A stretch of 64,000 nt of DNA from NCBI RefSeq assembly GCF_006345805.1, contig NC_042999.1, forward strand, positions 130,262,001 to 130,326,000. The letters run 5' to 3'. The stretch's first letter is position 1. Each line of letters starts with the position of its first letter. This DNA is from Octopus sinensis. Taxonomy: Eukaryota. Under the pieces are notes generated by a model that saw nothing but the letters and a program-made list of their open reading frames with translations, ran no database searches and was not told the origin of the DNA. A program made the position numbers and the translations under genes. Below, piece by piece: positions 23,089 to 37,309 of the stretch.

Positions 23089-24994
23089 TACATATATTTG
23101 TGTGAGAGAGACAGAGAGACAAAGATATGAAAGAGGATGTGTGTGGGGTGAGTGTGAATAGGTATGTAGATATGTTATATTTGAAGGCCACTGAGATGAG
23201 AAAAAAACAAAAAGACGTAGTTAATGGACTGGAAAGCTCAAACAACCATATCTAGGGCTTTCATATGCCAGCAGAGATTCTATTTCTGACATCTAGTCTC
23301 GAGATGTTTAACTTTATTCGATTAATAACCTCTGCCACCTTTACAAAGGAGTGTAATGAAGCTTTTCTTATATTTTTAGGATATAAATAAGTGCATAAAC
23401 AATTTTTTCATTGTAGCCTACAGTTCACTTATATAACACTCCCAGTTATATAATTGAGAAGTTAATAGAGTTATTGTAAAACCCTTTCAGACACAAGGTC
23501 TGAAATTTTGGAGAAGGGTACCAATCGATTTCGTCAATACCAGTGCTCAACTGGTACTTATTTTATCGATCCTGAAACGATGAAATGCAAAATTAAAAAC
23601 AGAACGTAAAACTGGAAGTAATGTCGCTAAGCATTTTGTCTGGCGAGTGTGAATATGTTCATCTTGTGATTGACACTGAGGGAAATAGCAAAACTATGTA
23701 GCGGGACTATCAGTCGTATGTAGTATATAAAATGTAATATACAACCGAATAAGTGAAAGAAACTACGAACCTAAGACAGTTAAAGTGACTTTCTTTACAA
23801 GTTGCATTGAATCTTCAGTTATATGTAATCTGTTATATAAATGTTCTTTGATGAATTATTGTTGTATTTTTTTAATTGCTCATTCCATAAAGAAATGTAC
23901 CTGTGGTAATATCCAGTTTACCAATTGGAGACCACTTTAGTTGGTTCTGCCAAGTAAAAGACAGCTGCTCACGAAATGACAGACACTAGATATAGCGAAC
24001 GATTTTAGTTATACTATCGACCATTCTCTTGTCACAGAGGTGATTCTGCTGCTTACGAATTATATATTGAAACAAGTAGCTTCCATCATCAGTATGGAGC
24101 AATTAGCTCAAAATAACATCAGTCAAATATTTGAGATTTCAATTTTAAATATCACTCTGCGTGCATTTTTATCGATGTTCTGATTGTTTTCGAAACCCTA
24201 AACAATTTTTTTGTAACTGACTTTGTTGTAAATTGTAAACTTTTTAACATAAAAGAAATTGTTTGTTACAGTGACGTAGCTAATAGGAGGGTAAGAGAAG
24301 CGAACACCGCAACCCCGAGCACATTTTTCAGAATTGGCGCCTTTTCAAAAATTTTTAAAAACTGTTTAGTTACCCATGTCAGTTGTAAGTTTCATACATT
24401 ATGACATTGTTACTTGAAACATGAAATTAATGAATGTAGAGTACAATTACGTGTATTATGACTAATGAAATATTTCGCGGAATATCCGAGAAGTTAATTG
24501 TTTGGTATGTGCCGCGGTGTCTTTTTTCTTATGTGCTCACTCCCGCTAACTTTAAAACCTGGCCACGTCTCGTTATCTTTACGTTATTCTTATCGAGGTT
24601 TTAGAAGTCTTTGATGAAATCCTTGGTGGCCAGATTAGTTGCATATTATTGAAGACTGTCAGATCTTGTAATAATAATTATTCACAAACTGTAGCTCTTC
24701 GATCAGATAGTACTGACATTTCAAAAGAAAATGAAATGTACTCGAACGAAATTAGTAATTTGCAAACCATTGACTATTCTATGCTTTCGGACTGATACTG
24801 TGCATATGCAGTATGTTGGATAATGTGTGCAGTATATTGGAGATTTCACTCACTGTGTTAGAAGATACATGCTTTTTAGAGCGTGTATCTTCAACGAAAC
24901 TGTCTTACAAGATCCCTTAAAGTTTGCTAATAATAATAATATTTATTAGTAGCAAAGGCAAATAATAATAATTGGAAATGTTATCATGTACATT

Positions 24995-25195
24995 GTTTTG
25001 TCTTGGTATAAAAGATGGGCTACAGCAAATATTCTGCTGAAATACCACAGAGTTGCTTGTCAGTTGTTTGACCCCGAAAGGGTGAAAGGCAAAGTCGACC
25101 TCGGTGGAATTTGAACTCAGAACATAAAGACGGACAAAATGCTGCAAAGCATTTTGCCCAGCATGCTTACGATTCTGCCAGCTCGCCAGCTTAGT
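24995..25195 (-). mobile_element. SINE family A copy
   Basis: Reverse complement of head and central domain (aaaggcaaagtcgacctcggtggaatttgaactcagaac..ctgccagctcgcc). Confidence 0.8.
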
Positions 25196-25519
25196 AATAA
25201 TAATGATAAACTTTGACAAAAATGTGTGTGTTGCCAACCGGGAAAAATTTCCATTTCCAAAGTCATACTGGAATGAAAATTTTGAGAATAGGTATTCAGA
25301 AATTGACTTCCATGTTACAGAATATACATAATGATCCCAATTCAATAAACGACAAGCACAAACAACTCCAGTGTCCACTGAAGAAGCTCAGAAACTACTC
25401 GAAACTTACACTAAGTGACTATAAGCTATTGGAGAAACTAACCAAATTAAAAGCAGGGAACACAATTATTTCAAAGCAAGAAGAGAAAAAAACAATACTC
25501 CAATTTTATCCAGTTGTGT

Positions 25520-25807
25520 AACTGTACTACATACATACATACATCATATATGCATCCATCCATCTATACATACATACATATATACATACATACATACATA
25601 TTTTATATAGCAATTTTTCTCAACCGATCAATGGGCTGATTAAGTAAATCAATCAATAACAAACCAATAATGACTGCTGGAATCAGCTGTAAGATAAATT
25701 TACTACAATGAAGCTTGTAATGACCATTATATATACCTTGTCTTTTAAATAAATAAATAAATACACACACATATACATACATATATACATACACACACAC
25801 ACATACA

Positions 25808-25877
<70 letters not shown>

Positions 25878-25900
25878 ATATACACACACATACGCACGCA
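25520..25900. repeat. Compound microsatellites (TACA)n/(CA)n/(TA)n
   Basis: Direct reading. Similar tracts at 10900-11020, 33536-33605, 34233-34522, 37275-37307, 37725-37800, 44370-44520 and 56095-56187. Confidence 0.95.
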
Positions 25901-26905
25901 CGCAACCACTTAGCATGATCACATTTTAACTACAGAAATAGCGTTGGAAAAGTGAACTGTTGCCCCCACCCCACCCCATTTGTTGGTAGGCCAGCAGACT
26001 ATTACCTTAGCAAGGTGCAGTGTCCCACTAGCAAGTTAGGTAAAAGTGGAATCCAATCAACTATTTTAAAGTTACATTAATAGCTTTTGTCATCCTATGG
26101 TGTCGGTTGGTGACTATAGAAATTATCTGGTAAATATTTATAAGTTTGAGTCCTCAGTGACTTTTTATGTGAAAGAAATCTATTAAAGCAAAAGTTGTTA
26201 ACTGAATTTACCCTCTCCCACACACACCATAGAATTGTATCTTTGTGCTAATGTATAGCTCCACTGCAGTAAACAACTGAATCTTTTCTATGTTGCAGTC
26301 AGCACACTTAAATTAAAATCATTATCTTTTATCTTCTTTTGTTTGCATACATTGATCTCCAACCACAAATATTCCAGTTAATCTACGACACTGATGTATT
26401 GTTTTTAATGCGTCTCGCGCATTAGAATAAGAAGTAAGGTAAATTCTAATACTGCAATTCAGCATTAATACTTAATTGTAGCTATTTCGGCTTCCATACA
26501 CTGCTAACGTCTAAGTCTTAGGAAAATACATAAACGTCAAAACTGCTCTGTTGATGATCTCATAGATCATAAATGATTGTCACACTAATGAGAGAGACAG
26601 ATAAATATTTATCTGTCGTTTTTTTTTTTTTAAATAGCTATTATATTTAATTGGGATTTATAAGTGTAGCAGTGCGAAGGAGTCATGTAACTGTGGCTAC
26701 ATTAGTCAGTAGATTTGCTTTTGTGTGTAATAGAAAGGAGTATGCGTACAGTGATGTAATATCTACATTTATGGGACTATGTATATTTCTCAACTTAATT
26801 GTTAGTAAGGATTATGTTATCATACGTGTGTGTAGATTAAACGTATGACAATAAAAAAGGGCGTATATATTTGAAGTAGTGTATATTTGTGCAAATTTTA
26901 TTATT

Positions 26906-27300
26906 AAAGCGGCGAGCTGGCAGAATCGTTAGCACGCCGGGCGAAATGCTTAGCGGTATTTCGTCTGTCGCTACGTTCTGAGTTCAAATTCCGCCGAGGT
27001 CGACTTTGCCTTTCATCCTTTCGGGGTCGATAAATTAAGTACCAGTTACGCACTGGGGTCGATATAATCGACTGAATCCGTTTGTCTCTCCTTGTTTGTC
27101 CTCTGTGTGTTTAGCCCCTTGTGGGTAGTAAAGAAATAGGTATTTTGCTTGTCGTTATGTTCTGAGTTCAAATTCCACTGAGGTTGACTTTGCCTTTCAT
27201 CCTTTCGAAGTCGATTAAATAAGTACCAGTTACGCACTGGGGTCAAAGTAATCGACTTAATCCCCTCACCCAAGCTGCCCTTGTGGCAAAAATTTGAAAG
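26906..27300 (+). mobile_element. SINE family A, long form with internally duplicated B-box/central domain
   Basis: ttctgagttcaaattcc...gtaccagttacgcactggggtc occurs twice (~26975 and ~27160). Confidence 0.85.
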
Positions 27301-27480
27301 TCTCAAGAACCGCTGGATGGACTCGGATGAAACATTCAGGGATGTTTGAACTCATGACTGGCACAAACTGATTAGATTTGGGGGATCAATCTGGTACCGG
27401 ACAAGGATTCTGGATAATTTTTCCTGTTTTTTTTTTACTTAATTTTTGAGAGCGGTCGGGTTCATTTTTAGTATTCTCGT
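27300..27480. mobile_element. Fragment resembling Helentron-associated (HINE/DINE-like) non-autonomous elements
   Basis: ctcaagaaccgctggatggactcggatgaaacattcagggatg..gattagatttgggggatcaatctggtaccggacaaggattctggat pattern, recalled from such elements; no termini verified. Confidence 0.4.
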
Positions 27481-27547
27481 TTATGAGAGCAGTCGAGTTT
27501 ATTTCAGATATTCTCATTTTAAAAAGAAAGGATTATTATTATTATTA

Positions 27548-27770
27548 GGGCGGGAGCTGGCAGAAGCGTTACCGCGCCGAGAGAAATGTTTAGCTGCATT
27601 TCGTCCGTCGCTACGTTCTGAGTTCAAATTCCGCTGATGCCGACTTTGCCCTTCATCCTTTCGAGGGTTGAAGAAATAGAGTACTAGTACAGCACTGAGG
27701 TCGATATGATCGACTAGCCCCCGCCCATTAATTTTAGGTCTTGTGCCTATAGTTGGAAGGATTATTATTA
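27548..27770 (+). mobile_element. SINE family A copy
   Basis: gggcgggagctggcagaa head through ggattattattatt tail. Confidence 0.8.
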
Positions 27771-29299
27771 TTATCAATTGCCTATATTCTAAAGAGATTA
27801 ATAAGTAATTGTTTAACAAATTTGCAGATCTTCTGTGATATATGTGGGGATTTTGTTTATCAAACTTTATTTACTGGTTTCCATTCCTTTAAGATTTGTT
27901 TCTTAGGCGGAAAGACGAGTAAATCAGATCCTAACTATAGTGTTTGATATCCATTATTCACAACAAATAAGAATACTGAATTCTCCAATCTAATGTAAAA
28001 GGAGTACCTTAATTTCATTGATTCATAAAATAGAAATCATTGAAACAGGATTAACTTCGTCATTCTGCTGATATATCTTCTGTGTAGAATGTATCATTTA
28101 CGCAGAATGATGTATCTTATCATGTGATACAATCTGCGTAGAATGTATTGCATTTTAATGTATCATAGAGCTTATTGGTTGGCTGTTTCCTGGAAACAAC
28201 GAAATAAGTTAATATTACATACGTTATGCAGAGATGCTGCACACCAGATGTCTCTGAAGTTCAGTAAACGAGGATAGAAGAAGAAGAAGAAAAAAAACAA
28301 TATCGATTAGGTTAGTAAATCAATAACATGGATGTTGAACCTTTGATGTTAACTATTGCAGTTAAAGAGATACCTTTCGGGTAGTAATGACTCATTGGTT
28401 CTTAATTACATAATTTTATAAATAATCAATAATTGTTACAGACGCCATCTTGATTGTATCGTTAAGAAGTTCTCTTCGCAACAACGTGGGTTCGGATTCG
28501 ATCTCAAGGTGCAATACTTTGCTAGGTGAGATTTCTATGGCAGCCTACCTAAGGTACCGTTCATTTTCTTCGGGTAGTAAGAAACTTTAGGGAGATCTGA
28601 ACAGCATATCTTCAGAGAAGAAACACCACCACCACTCATGCAATTGCTTCGATTCTTAACTACTTATATTCAAAGGAATACTTATATTCAAAGGAGGCTG
28701 GGGCGCATCCAGGTCGTGATTCCTAGTTACCTCTCACCTGCTACATTTTGTGCTACTGTCTGCATTGCAATCTTCCTAGATGTTAAGATACCCCAGAACC
28801 CAGTTTAACACTTCTCCTTTACTTGCTCTTAGTAGAGTCCATTCTGTTGCAAGTAACTTCTATCACTCACGAAGGACTGAAAGAAGTTACAGGCAGTTGC
28901 CGTCCTCTCTTAACTGATTAATTAAAAGGTAAATAACAATATATATTATATTGGTTAAAGAAAGCTCTATTACTCAGCTCTACACTTCTAAAGTTAAAAG
29001 ACTTTGGTGGTTGGTAGCTAAAAGAAAAATAACTGGTCGACTGCACAACTTGTGTCGTAGTTACAAATGGCAAAATAACTAATGACAAGAAACATTTATA
29101 AAACGACTAGACTGATAAGTTGGGTAAAAAAGACTTGTATCAACGTATTATGTCAATTCTTAATTTTTGCAAATCCTTGCTTTAAACTCGCGTATTAAAA
29201 GCACATTTTTTAAATATAGACAATATAGCACTAAACTCCATGAATTAGTGTCTTTTGTGTGATAAATAAATATTACACGAAAAGGATGAGTCCAAAGAC

Positions 29300-31590
29300 C
29301 GAAAGCCAGCTGAAAAGTTCATGGGCTGACCAAGATACTCTCATTGAATGTTACCAAATGAGGTTTATTTTTCGATACATCTCCCCCCCCCCGTCTTGCA
29401 GTCCACACATTTCTTCCGTTAGTGTTGCAGTGCTTGGATCCAGTGATGAAGCTTTTATCCTGTTTATCAAAAAAAGTTATCAACAGCAGACATGACGTCG
29501 TCACCACTGCGATACTGGTTCCCATCTAAGTGGGGGTTTTTTTTATGTTGAGGAACAGTTGATAGTCAGATCGGGCTAAATCAAGAGAATAAGGAGGCCG
29601 ATCAACCAGTTCAAAGCCACAGTCACACACAGCAGCCATTGAAACCATGGACTTATGTACTGGAGCATTATTCTGATGAAACGACACCTTTTGCTCAGTT
29701 TTCCTGGGCATTTGGTCCTTATAGCCTTTCGCAACTGCCTCAGCAAATTGGCATAGTATTCTCCATTGATGGTGACCCTTTTGAAGATAATCAATAAACA
29801 CAATGCCTTTTGCATCCCCCCAAAACAGGTCTTCCCCTTCACAACAGATGAAACGACTTTGGACTTCTTTGGAGCAGGTGAGGAGGGGTGTTTCCACAGC
29901 ATAGATTGTCTCTTTGTCTCTGGCTCAAAGTGATGGACCCAACACTCATCCTGGCTTAGGAAACGTTCAAGAAAACTATCTGAATCTGCCTCAAACAATG
30001 TCAGAATTTTCTGTGATGTGATCAGCCTGGTGCGCGTTTGATCAGGTGTCAGAAGATGTGGCACCCACTGAGCAGAAACCTTGTCGTGCCAAATTTACTG
30101 TGCAGAATATTCTCAACACTCTCATGAGATACGAGGGGCGTTCAATAAGTAATGCTCCTGACCCACTTCCCATAGCAGTAGAGCAACGAAACTTGGCACA
30201 GTTAATTGTCTTTTTCTACATAGGAACCACCCAGAGTTACGCATTTCTCCCATCGTTTGATGCAGCTCAGGAGACCGTTTTTGTAGAAGACCCCAGCTTG
30301 GTCCTCCAACCACGACGTGACTTCAGAAATCAAGGCTGCATCATCTGGGAAACGCTTTCCTTTCCAAAACAACCACATGGCTGGGAAGAGGTGAACATCA
30401 GAGAGTGCAAGGTCAGGAGAGTAGGGGGATGGGGGAGGAGTTCATAGCCGCACGCCTGTGCTTCTGATCTGGCGACACGCGAGTTGTGAACCGGATCGTT
30501 GTCCTGCAAGAGAAGGATGACTTTGCTGATCTTGCCCCGCCTCTTGATTTTGATAGCTTCTCTTAATTTCCTCAAAAGTGACGCATAATAGGCTCCTGTA
30601 ATTGTGGTACCCTTTGCCAGGAAATCTGTCATCACTACTCCATCCTGGTCTCAGAAGACTGTGAGCATGACCTTACCAGCGGAGGGCTGCACCCTTGCCT
30701 TCTTTGGAGGAGGTGAGTCACGGTGCTTCCACTGCATTGACTGTGCTTTGGTCTCTAGATCATAGTGATGGACCCAGGTTTCATCCTGTGTAATCAGTCT
30801 TTTGAAAAATTTTGACTCATCTTCTTGGCACATCTCCAAATTCGTCCTCGAACACTCGACGCGTTCTTGCTTCTGGAAAGGTGTGAGCAACCTGGGAATC
30901 TATCTGGCAGACACCTTTTGCATATGCAAATGGTCATGAATGATAGTTTCCACAGACCCAGTACTAATCTTGACCTCATGGGCTATTTGGCGAATAGTTA
31001 TGCGTCGATCTTCCAAAATGGCAGCCTCAACTTGACAGACAGATGCCTCATCAATAGCAGAAGGGGAGCGACCAGATTTGGGAGCTCTTTCCACAGAGTT
31101 CCGACCACGTTTGAATTCCCGATACCAGCGTTTTACAAGGTCATATGATGGGGCATCATCACCATAAGTTACTTTCATTTCATCAAAAGTCTCCCGTGGT
31201 GTGCGTTCTTTCAAATACAAAAACCGGATCACTGCTCGACACTCAACAGGCTCCATTTCACACTTGACTCGGTTCAAACACCTGTAAATCAGAAACCCCT
31301 ATTAGTCCAGAGCTGTAATTTCCACTTAATCTATAGAGATATGAATAATTGCACATGCAAAATTTCAGTTAGATCAAACAACTGCAAGTGGGTCAGGGGC
31401 ATTACTTATTGAACGTCCCTCGTATACTAACAGCATTGGCTATTTGATTTGTAGTCAATCGCCTGTCATCTATCAGCACGCGGTGAGCACAATGTTTTCC
31501 TCTGTGATGGCAGTTGCAGGACATTCAGAGCTTGAGTCTTCTTCAAGACTCTCGTTCCTCCTCTTAAATTCAGCTGTTCACTGTTATTCT
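29300..31590 (-). mobile_element. Older mariner (different irritans-like family) split by insertion of copy A; pieces 29300-30129 and 31425-~31590
   Basis: LSQDECWVHHFEPETKRQSMLWKHPSSPAPKK, HQNNAPVH and PPYSLDLARSD on the left. HTH-side sequence (GRPATA..EEN..DDRRLT.NQIANA) continues to the right of copy A. One decayed TIR at ~29300-29330; 5' end missing. Confidence 0.85.
30132..31422 (-). mobile_element. Mariner (Tc1/mariner, irritans-subfamily-like), full-length, inactivated; copy A
   Basis: TIRs cgaggggcgttcaataagtaatgc..ctgacccactt at both ends, TA duplication at 30130-31 and 31423-24, 1291 bp. Transposase MEPVECRAVI...ITQDETWVHHY...LLQDN...YSPDL with two Trp-to-stop changes and a -1 frameshift. 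Confidence 0.97.
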
Positions 31591-33537
31591 ATTTTAGCCA
31601 ACTCGGATGCATGAAAGATGACGTCGTCGGATCTAAATTCTGACAGTAAAGAGCCAGAACACGTATTGGTTTCAAATTGGCTTCAAATTTAGGATCAAAG
31701 TCAGCAATTTAGTGGGAGGGATTACATCGACCGCCAGTGCTCAGCTGGTACTTATTTTATCGACTGCGAAAGGACGAAAGGCAAAGTAGAGGTCGGCGGA
31801 ATTTGAAGCTGAAACAAAATGTTGCATGGTATTTTGTTCGACGCTGCTAACATTTCTGCTAATTTGCCGCCTACACTGAATTACGTGAATAAAAGTAAAA
31901 ATTAACGCAGTGTCATGGAGAAACAAGCAGTTCAGACATCCAAGCTTTTTCCAACTGTGTTCAGTAACGTTGCCCTACGTTATATAAGAAAGCCTTTCAT
32001 TATTTTACATTATCAATAATAACCAGCTATTATTTCTTTATATACGTGTAATGTCTTTTGAAAGCATAAACCTGAGTGTAGGTCACATATTAAAAAAAAT
32101 TAGGCTCTTCTTGCTATTTATTACAGTCCCTTTTAAAAGCAACCATAAGCTGATTTTGTGACCTACTTTCTACTTCAAATTGTAATCATTTTACCTTGGG
32201 TGTGTTGCTATATTTATGGCAAACTGTATGAACATTATTTGATCTCATATCGACTTGTCTATAAATCTCAGGCCTTGTGTCTAAGTAAGAAGGCCTTGCT
32301 TTTTAATTGCCAAACTTTACAAATATATTTAGTTTTTCAGCAGTTTGATAATCATGTTAGATTATAACCTCTATTTTAAACATTGTGGTCAACACCTTCA
32401 TATTCTCTGTTTTTAATTTAAGCTTTCCTGTCATACAAGATCCATAAGAACAGGTGGAAAGTAATAGTTTTAAATTTTCAGTAGCAAACAAAAATCGATT
32501 TAGTTTTTCTGTGTAACTGTATATTCCTAAAGATTTGCTATTATGAAACATTGTTAACTTATTGGTTAACGTGCACCTCGAGCTCTAAAGGGAAAAGGAG
32601 AGCTATCGTGGGAATTAGTTGTTCTTGATTATCTATTTATTGTTTCAGATATATTTACAGTTGTATCGTATTTCTATTCTATTAGACACATGATATCAGT
32701 TTAAACAAGGATATTGTGAACAGAATTTCGTTACAGAATTTTTCAGAAATATGTCCCAGAGCAATTTTTATGACGTAAAATCACTGAACTTGTACCTTTA
32801 CAATATGCTTACGAAAACTATACTGCAAAAACAAAAAAGAATCAATAAAAATAAAGCTTAATGGTAATATAAAGAATCCGAGTGAAAGATCTATAATTTT
32901 TCTCAAGGAAAAGATAAATAGTAAAATTGAATCTACACTAACGTAGCAATATCTCTATGACCAAACAACTATATAAAGTATATGATCAAACAAAAAAAGA
33001 AATCAAAAAGAAAACAAAATATTTGTGTACTATTATAATAATTTTCAGTGTATTATAATTCATGATTTCAGCTATACTTACCTATAGATGTTTGGTGTAT
33101 TAATGAGAGAGAATTATTAATTTAATAACTCGAATAATAAGTAAAAATCATTGCAAAAACAATGAAGTGATCCAGTCGAAATTCTAAGAATCTGAGGAGA
33201 TAACCAACACAAAATATACAACGCGCGCGCATATATTCATATAATTTATTATATATGATAAAGATAAACGCCTGTGCGTGTGTCTGTCGATTTATGGGAA
33301 GAAAGGCTTATAGCATCTATATAAAAATTAAAAGTTAATTCTTGCGTAAAATTTTCTGAGGAAGATAATGGAAGTGGTCCCGAGTCTCTAGGTACCCCTA
33401 AGGGAGCTACAAGCCCTTTTCCAAAACGTTGCACATTGCGCAGTTCTCACTGAAAAAAATACTGCCCGGTCTAAAGGGAGATAACACATACAAATACATA
33501 AACATGCATACAGAAACAAATGAATATGCACAATACG

Positions 33538-33585
<48 letters not shown>

Positions 33586-34099
33586 ACACACACACACACA
33601 CATGCATACGTGTATACACATGCCCTCTAACGCACACATGTACACAAACAAACAAACGAACAAAAAACGTAACGCAGCTTCCGATAACGGACATAGTCAA
33701 CAACTATTGAGGAAGCTGCAAGAAGCAACGAAAATTTTAGAAGAAAATATTAAATAAATGAGTGGAAATCGAACCGATGAGAATTAATAAGGCATCAAAA
33801 CAGAATGACTCTCCCCAGGCACAACAAAACTAAATGTAAGTTCTGGGAAAACTAAAATAGGAAAATTATTCACGTTTTACGATTTTTGATCTTCAGTTGT
33901 CTCCATTATTCTATGTGTAAGAAGTGTGCTATTCACAGAGATAGATTGTTACTATATATACCTATTAAATTTGTGTGTGCACTTTAATAGCATTATTATA
34001 TTGTTTTTATTCGTTTCATATTTATATCTTCGAACCACCAGGTTATTTGCCTAAGAAAAGCAGTTTATAATACTTAAGTTCAATAAATTATAGTACACA

Positions 34100-34231
34100 G
34101 TAAGCTAAAACGCTAAAACTTTGTGCGCATGCACGGCAGAGTTGAAGATCAATCTGTGTCATGCACCTTAACTCTGCGTGCTTTAGCTTCGTTACTATAG
34201 CAACAGTCCGGATTCTTATAGATCAGACCTC

Positions 34232-34232
<1 letters not shown>
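34100..34232. mobile_element. Half copy of the same mariner MITE, followed by (TA)n
   Basis: ctctgcgtgctttagcttcgttactatagcaacagtccggattcttatagatcagacctcg matches the right TIR of 22858-23088. Confidence 0.75.
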
Positions 34233-34283
<51 letters not shown>

Positions 34284-35878
34284 GTTTAGAGAGACTTAGT
34301 AATTTTAATATTTCTATTATACATATATATATATATATATATATATCTGTAAATGTATCATTTATCTTACCATTTTTATCAACATATATATATATATTAA
34401 TAGTTATCGCCATACTAATATGGCAGTCCATAAATATAAATGGTGAGTTGTAATGTATGTAAGAAATTATATATATATATATATATATAATATATATATA
34501 TATATTATATATATATATATATACAGTAAGCAGAAGGACCCGGTTTCATTCGGATTATAAACTCGGAGCCTTAACACAGTCCTCTTTGCTTTTAATGTAA
34601 TTTGACGCCCTACTAGGCAAAGTTAGGTGAATATTTCGTAAAGGACCCCTTCGTACTTCGGTGTTTATTCGAGTGCATTCAACGTATCTGACTTCCAAAC
34701 CCGCCTCAAGTCACTTTTTTCCGGAGAAGAAAGTGGAGGGGACCTCCGAGTTTCTCATAAACATCGTTACAATGGTAAACGCTAGACAGAATGGGTGACA
34801 GAATGAAGAGAGAATGATAGAGATGTGTCAAGGTCGTCGTATAAAATGTGCTTTATTATCTCATACGTAACGAACGCTCAAACACATTCACACTCATATA
34901 TAAAATGTGACGTCGTGGTATAAAACGCTATATTGTATCAATCCGAATGAAAATAAAAATTACATGTTGACACTCGCGGGGTGTCAATTTTTTGTTTATC
35001 TGTCTGTTTCCTATGCATTCTTACATAGGTAATACTATTACCTTGCTAGGAAATTTTGCATAGGTAATACTATTACCTTGCAAAATTTGATTTGATTTGG
35101 TGCAGACAGATAAACAAAAAAAATTATATATAGAGAGAGGGAGATAAAAATCATCCTTTAACGTCCTGATATGAGCTGGACAGTTGACAGGATCAGATGA
35201 CACCAAAGACTGCACCGTATTCCACTGTCTGCTTTGGCAAGCAAGCAAGCGCACACACACACTCACACATATATATGCTCATAGATATGCAACACAACCA
35301 AACTACTACAAATAAAAACCAATGAACGAAATCCCAGCGAATTAAAACGCTCTAAAACATGAGAAACACGACATTGAAATGATGAGAGCATAAGATACAA
35401 AGCACTCTCAATAGAAAAACCTATAAAATGATAAACGTTGAGATCCCATCGTCAGCTGCCTATCGGAAATCCTTATTGTATCATTCAAGCTAACAACATC
35501 AACAGCAGCGTGAAAAGTAAACGCTGCTTAGGAATGACAGACATGAAGCAGAGGCCTAGCATAAGGTCGATATATTTATTGAATTGACAACTGTTTAAGG
35601 ATACTAAGAACAAAATTAAAAAAAACAAACGAACAAAGTGTTACCAAACATACAGCATGAACTGTCACAGGGTTACAGCTGTTAAACATAAATGAAATAA
35701 AGAAAATAGACCAAAACGGACATTCTCACCTAAATTACTACAAAGCAAATAAAATCAAACTATAAATAAGAATGAACTAAACGTAGCAAACTGAAGTTAC
35801 TAAATATGTAAAGCACTTAAATATATTAACAAAAATCTATAAAAATTAAATACGGAAACAATATAACTAAAAGGGTAA

Positions 35879-35918
<40 letters not shown>

Positions 35919-35939
35919 GAGAGAGAAAGAGACTAATGG

Positions 35940-37265
35940 GTTATCCTGTGTTGCTACAGTTGTTTCGTTAAGAGTTGTTCTGTCAAGTATTCAGCATACA
36001 CAACATTCATAATATTTTCGCTTCAACTCATTAGGCTCACCAAATACATCTTAACGTTCGCGTGTCAAAAGATGGTACTCTTGTGGTTATATAACCAATG
36101 TTTCACTTTGATCACTCCAGTTTTCTTTCTTGTGTTTCATAATAAACACGGCCGCTTTGCTGGCAGTGTGCAACAAAGCAGAACAGAGATCGGTGATCCG
36201 ATTTCTCTGGTCTGAAGGTGTCCGGGGTTGCAATTCATCACAGGCTTTCAATATAATGCGGAGACAACACTCTATCGCGTAGAAGTGTGTATGAGTGGAT
36301 CGAGAAGTCTAAAATGGTCAGAAAAGTGTGAAGCACGAAGAGGGAGCGGGACGACCATCATCCTCCACCACTGATGTGAAGATTCAGCAAGCTTGAGGAA
36401 TGGTTCTGGTGAACCGACGAGTACCCATCGATGAGGTGGCATGCTCTCTACTAATTAGTCATGGTTCTGCATTTGAAATCATCCAAGATAAGCTTCGCTT
36501 TTGTAAAGTCTGTGCATTAATGCCAAGGGAGCTTACCGAAGCGCATAAGCGCAGTTGTGTGGAGATCTGTCAACGCTTACTTCACCGCTACAACGTTGAA
36601 GGCGAAACTTTTTTTTTAGAGAATAGTCACAAGAGTTGAGACCGGGTTCCAATACTTTGATCCGGAATCCAAAAGGCAGAGTATGGATTGGAAACACTCA
36701 GAATCACCAGCGGAAAAGAAATTCAAGATTCAATTTTTGCAGAAAAAAATGATACTGTTTTGGGAGATGCTTAAGGGCCTATACTGGAACATTACTGGAA
36801 AGGAGGTCTACAGACAATACTGTAGGCTATAGTGAAATGCTGGCCAACAAACCGAAAACAGAAATTCACACCAAACGCCAAAATCTATTGTCAAAGTAAA
36901 GGTTACTGTTGCACGAGAATTCACGTCCACACTGTCAAAACCATTGAAAAATTGGGCTACGTCTTGCTGGAACAGCCTGCATACAGTCTATATCTCGACC
37001 CTCCTGACTATCATCTCTTTGGACAGTTCAAAAATCCTTTAAGAGGTCGTCGATTTGCTACGGACGAAGAAGCGCAGGAAGTCGTGCATAATTAGTTACA
37101 CGAGCAGTGGAAAACCTTCGGTGGATTAAGCAAGCTTGTAGACCGCTGGAAGAAGTGCACCGAAAAGTTAGGAGATCGTCGAAAAATGACATAATCGATC
37201 AACCCCTGAATTTGTTTAACTAAATTACAGAAGCAAGAGTGCTAACAATTTTTGACTTACCTTCG
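35940..37265 (+). mobile_element. Degenerate mariner transposon
   Basis: Fragments EQRSVIRFLWSEG, NRRVPIDEVA..L.ISHGSAFEIIQDKL, QPAYSLYLDPPDYHLFGQFKNPLRGRRF; 3' TIR remnant ..aatttttgacttaccttcg at 37245-37265; many stops and frameshifts. Confidence 0.85.
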
Positions 37266-37273
37266 TGTGTATA

Positions 37274-37309
<36 letters not shown>

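Noticed and set aside
25373-25432. CTGAAGA...GAAACTTAcacTAAGT with a perfect 5-bp stem III
   Set aside because: Position 17 is G, and neither stem II nor stem I pairs; could be chance or too decayed to support.
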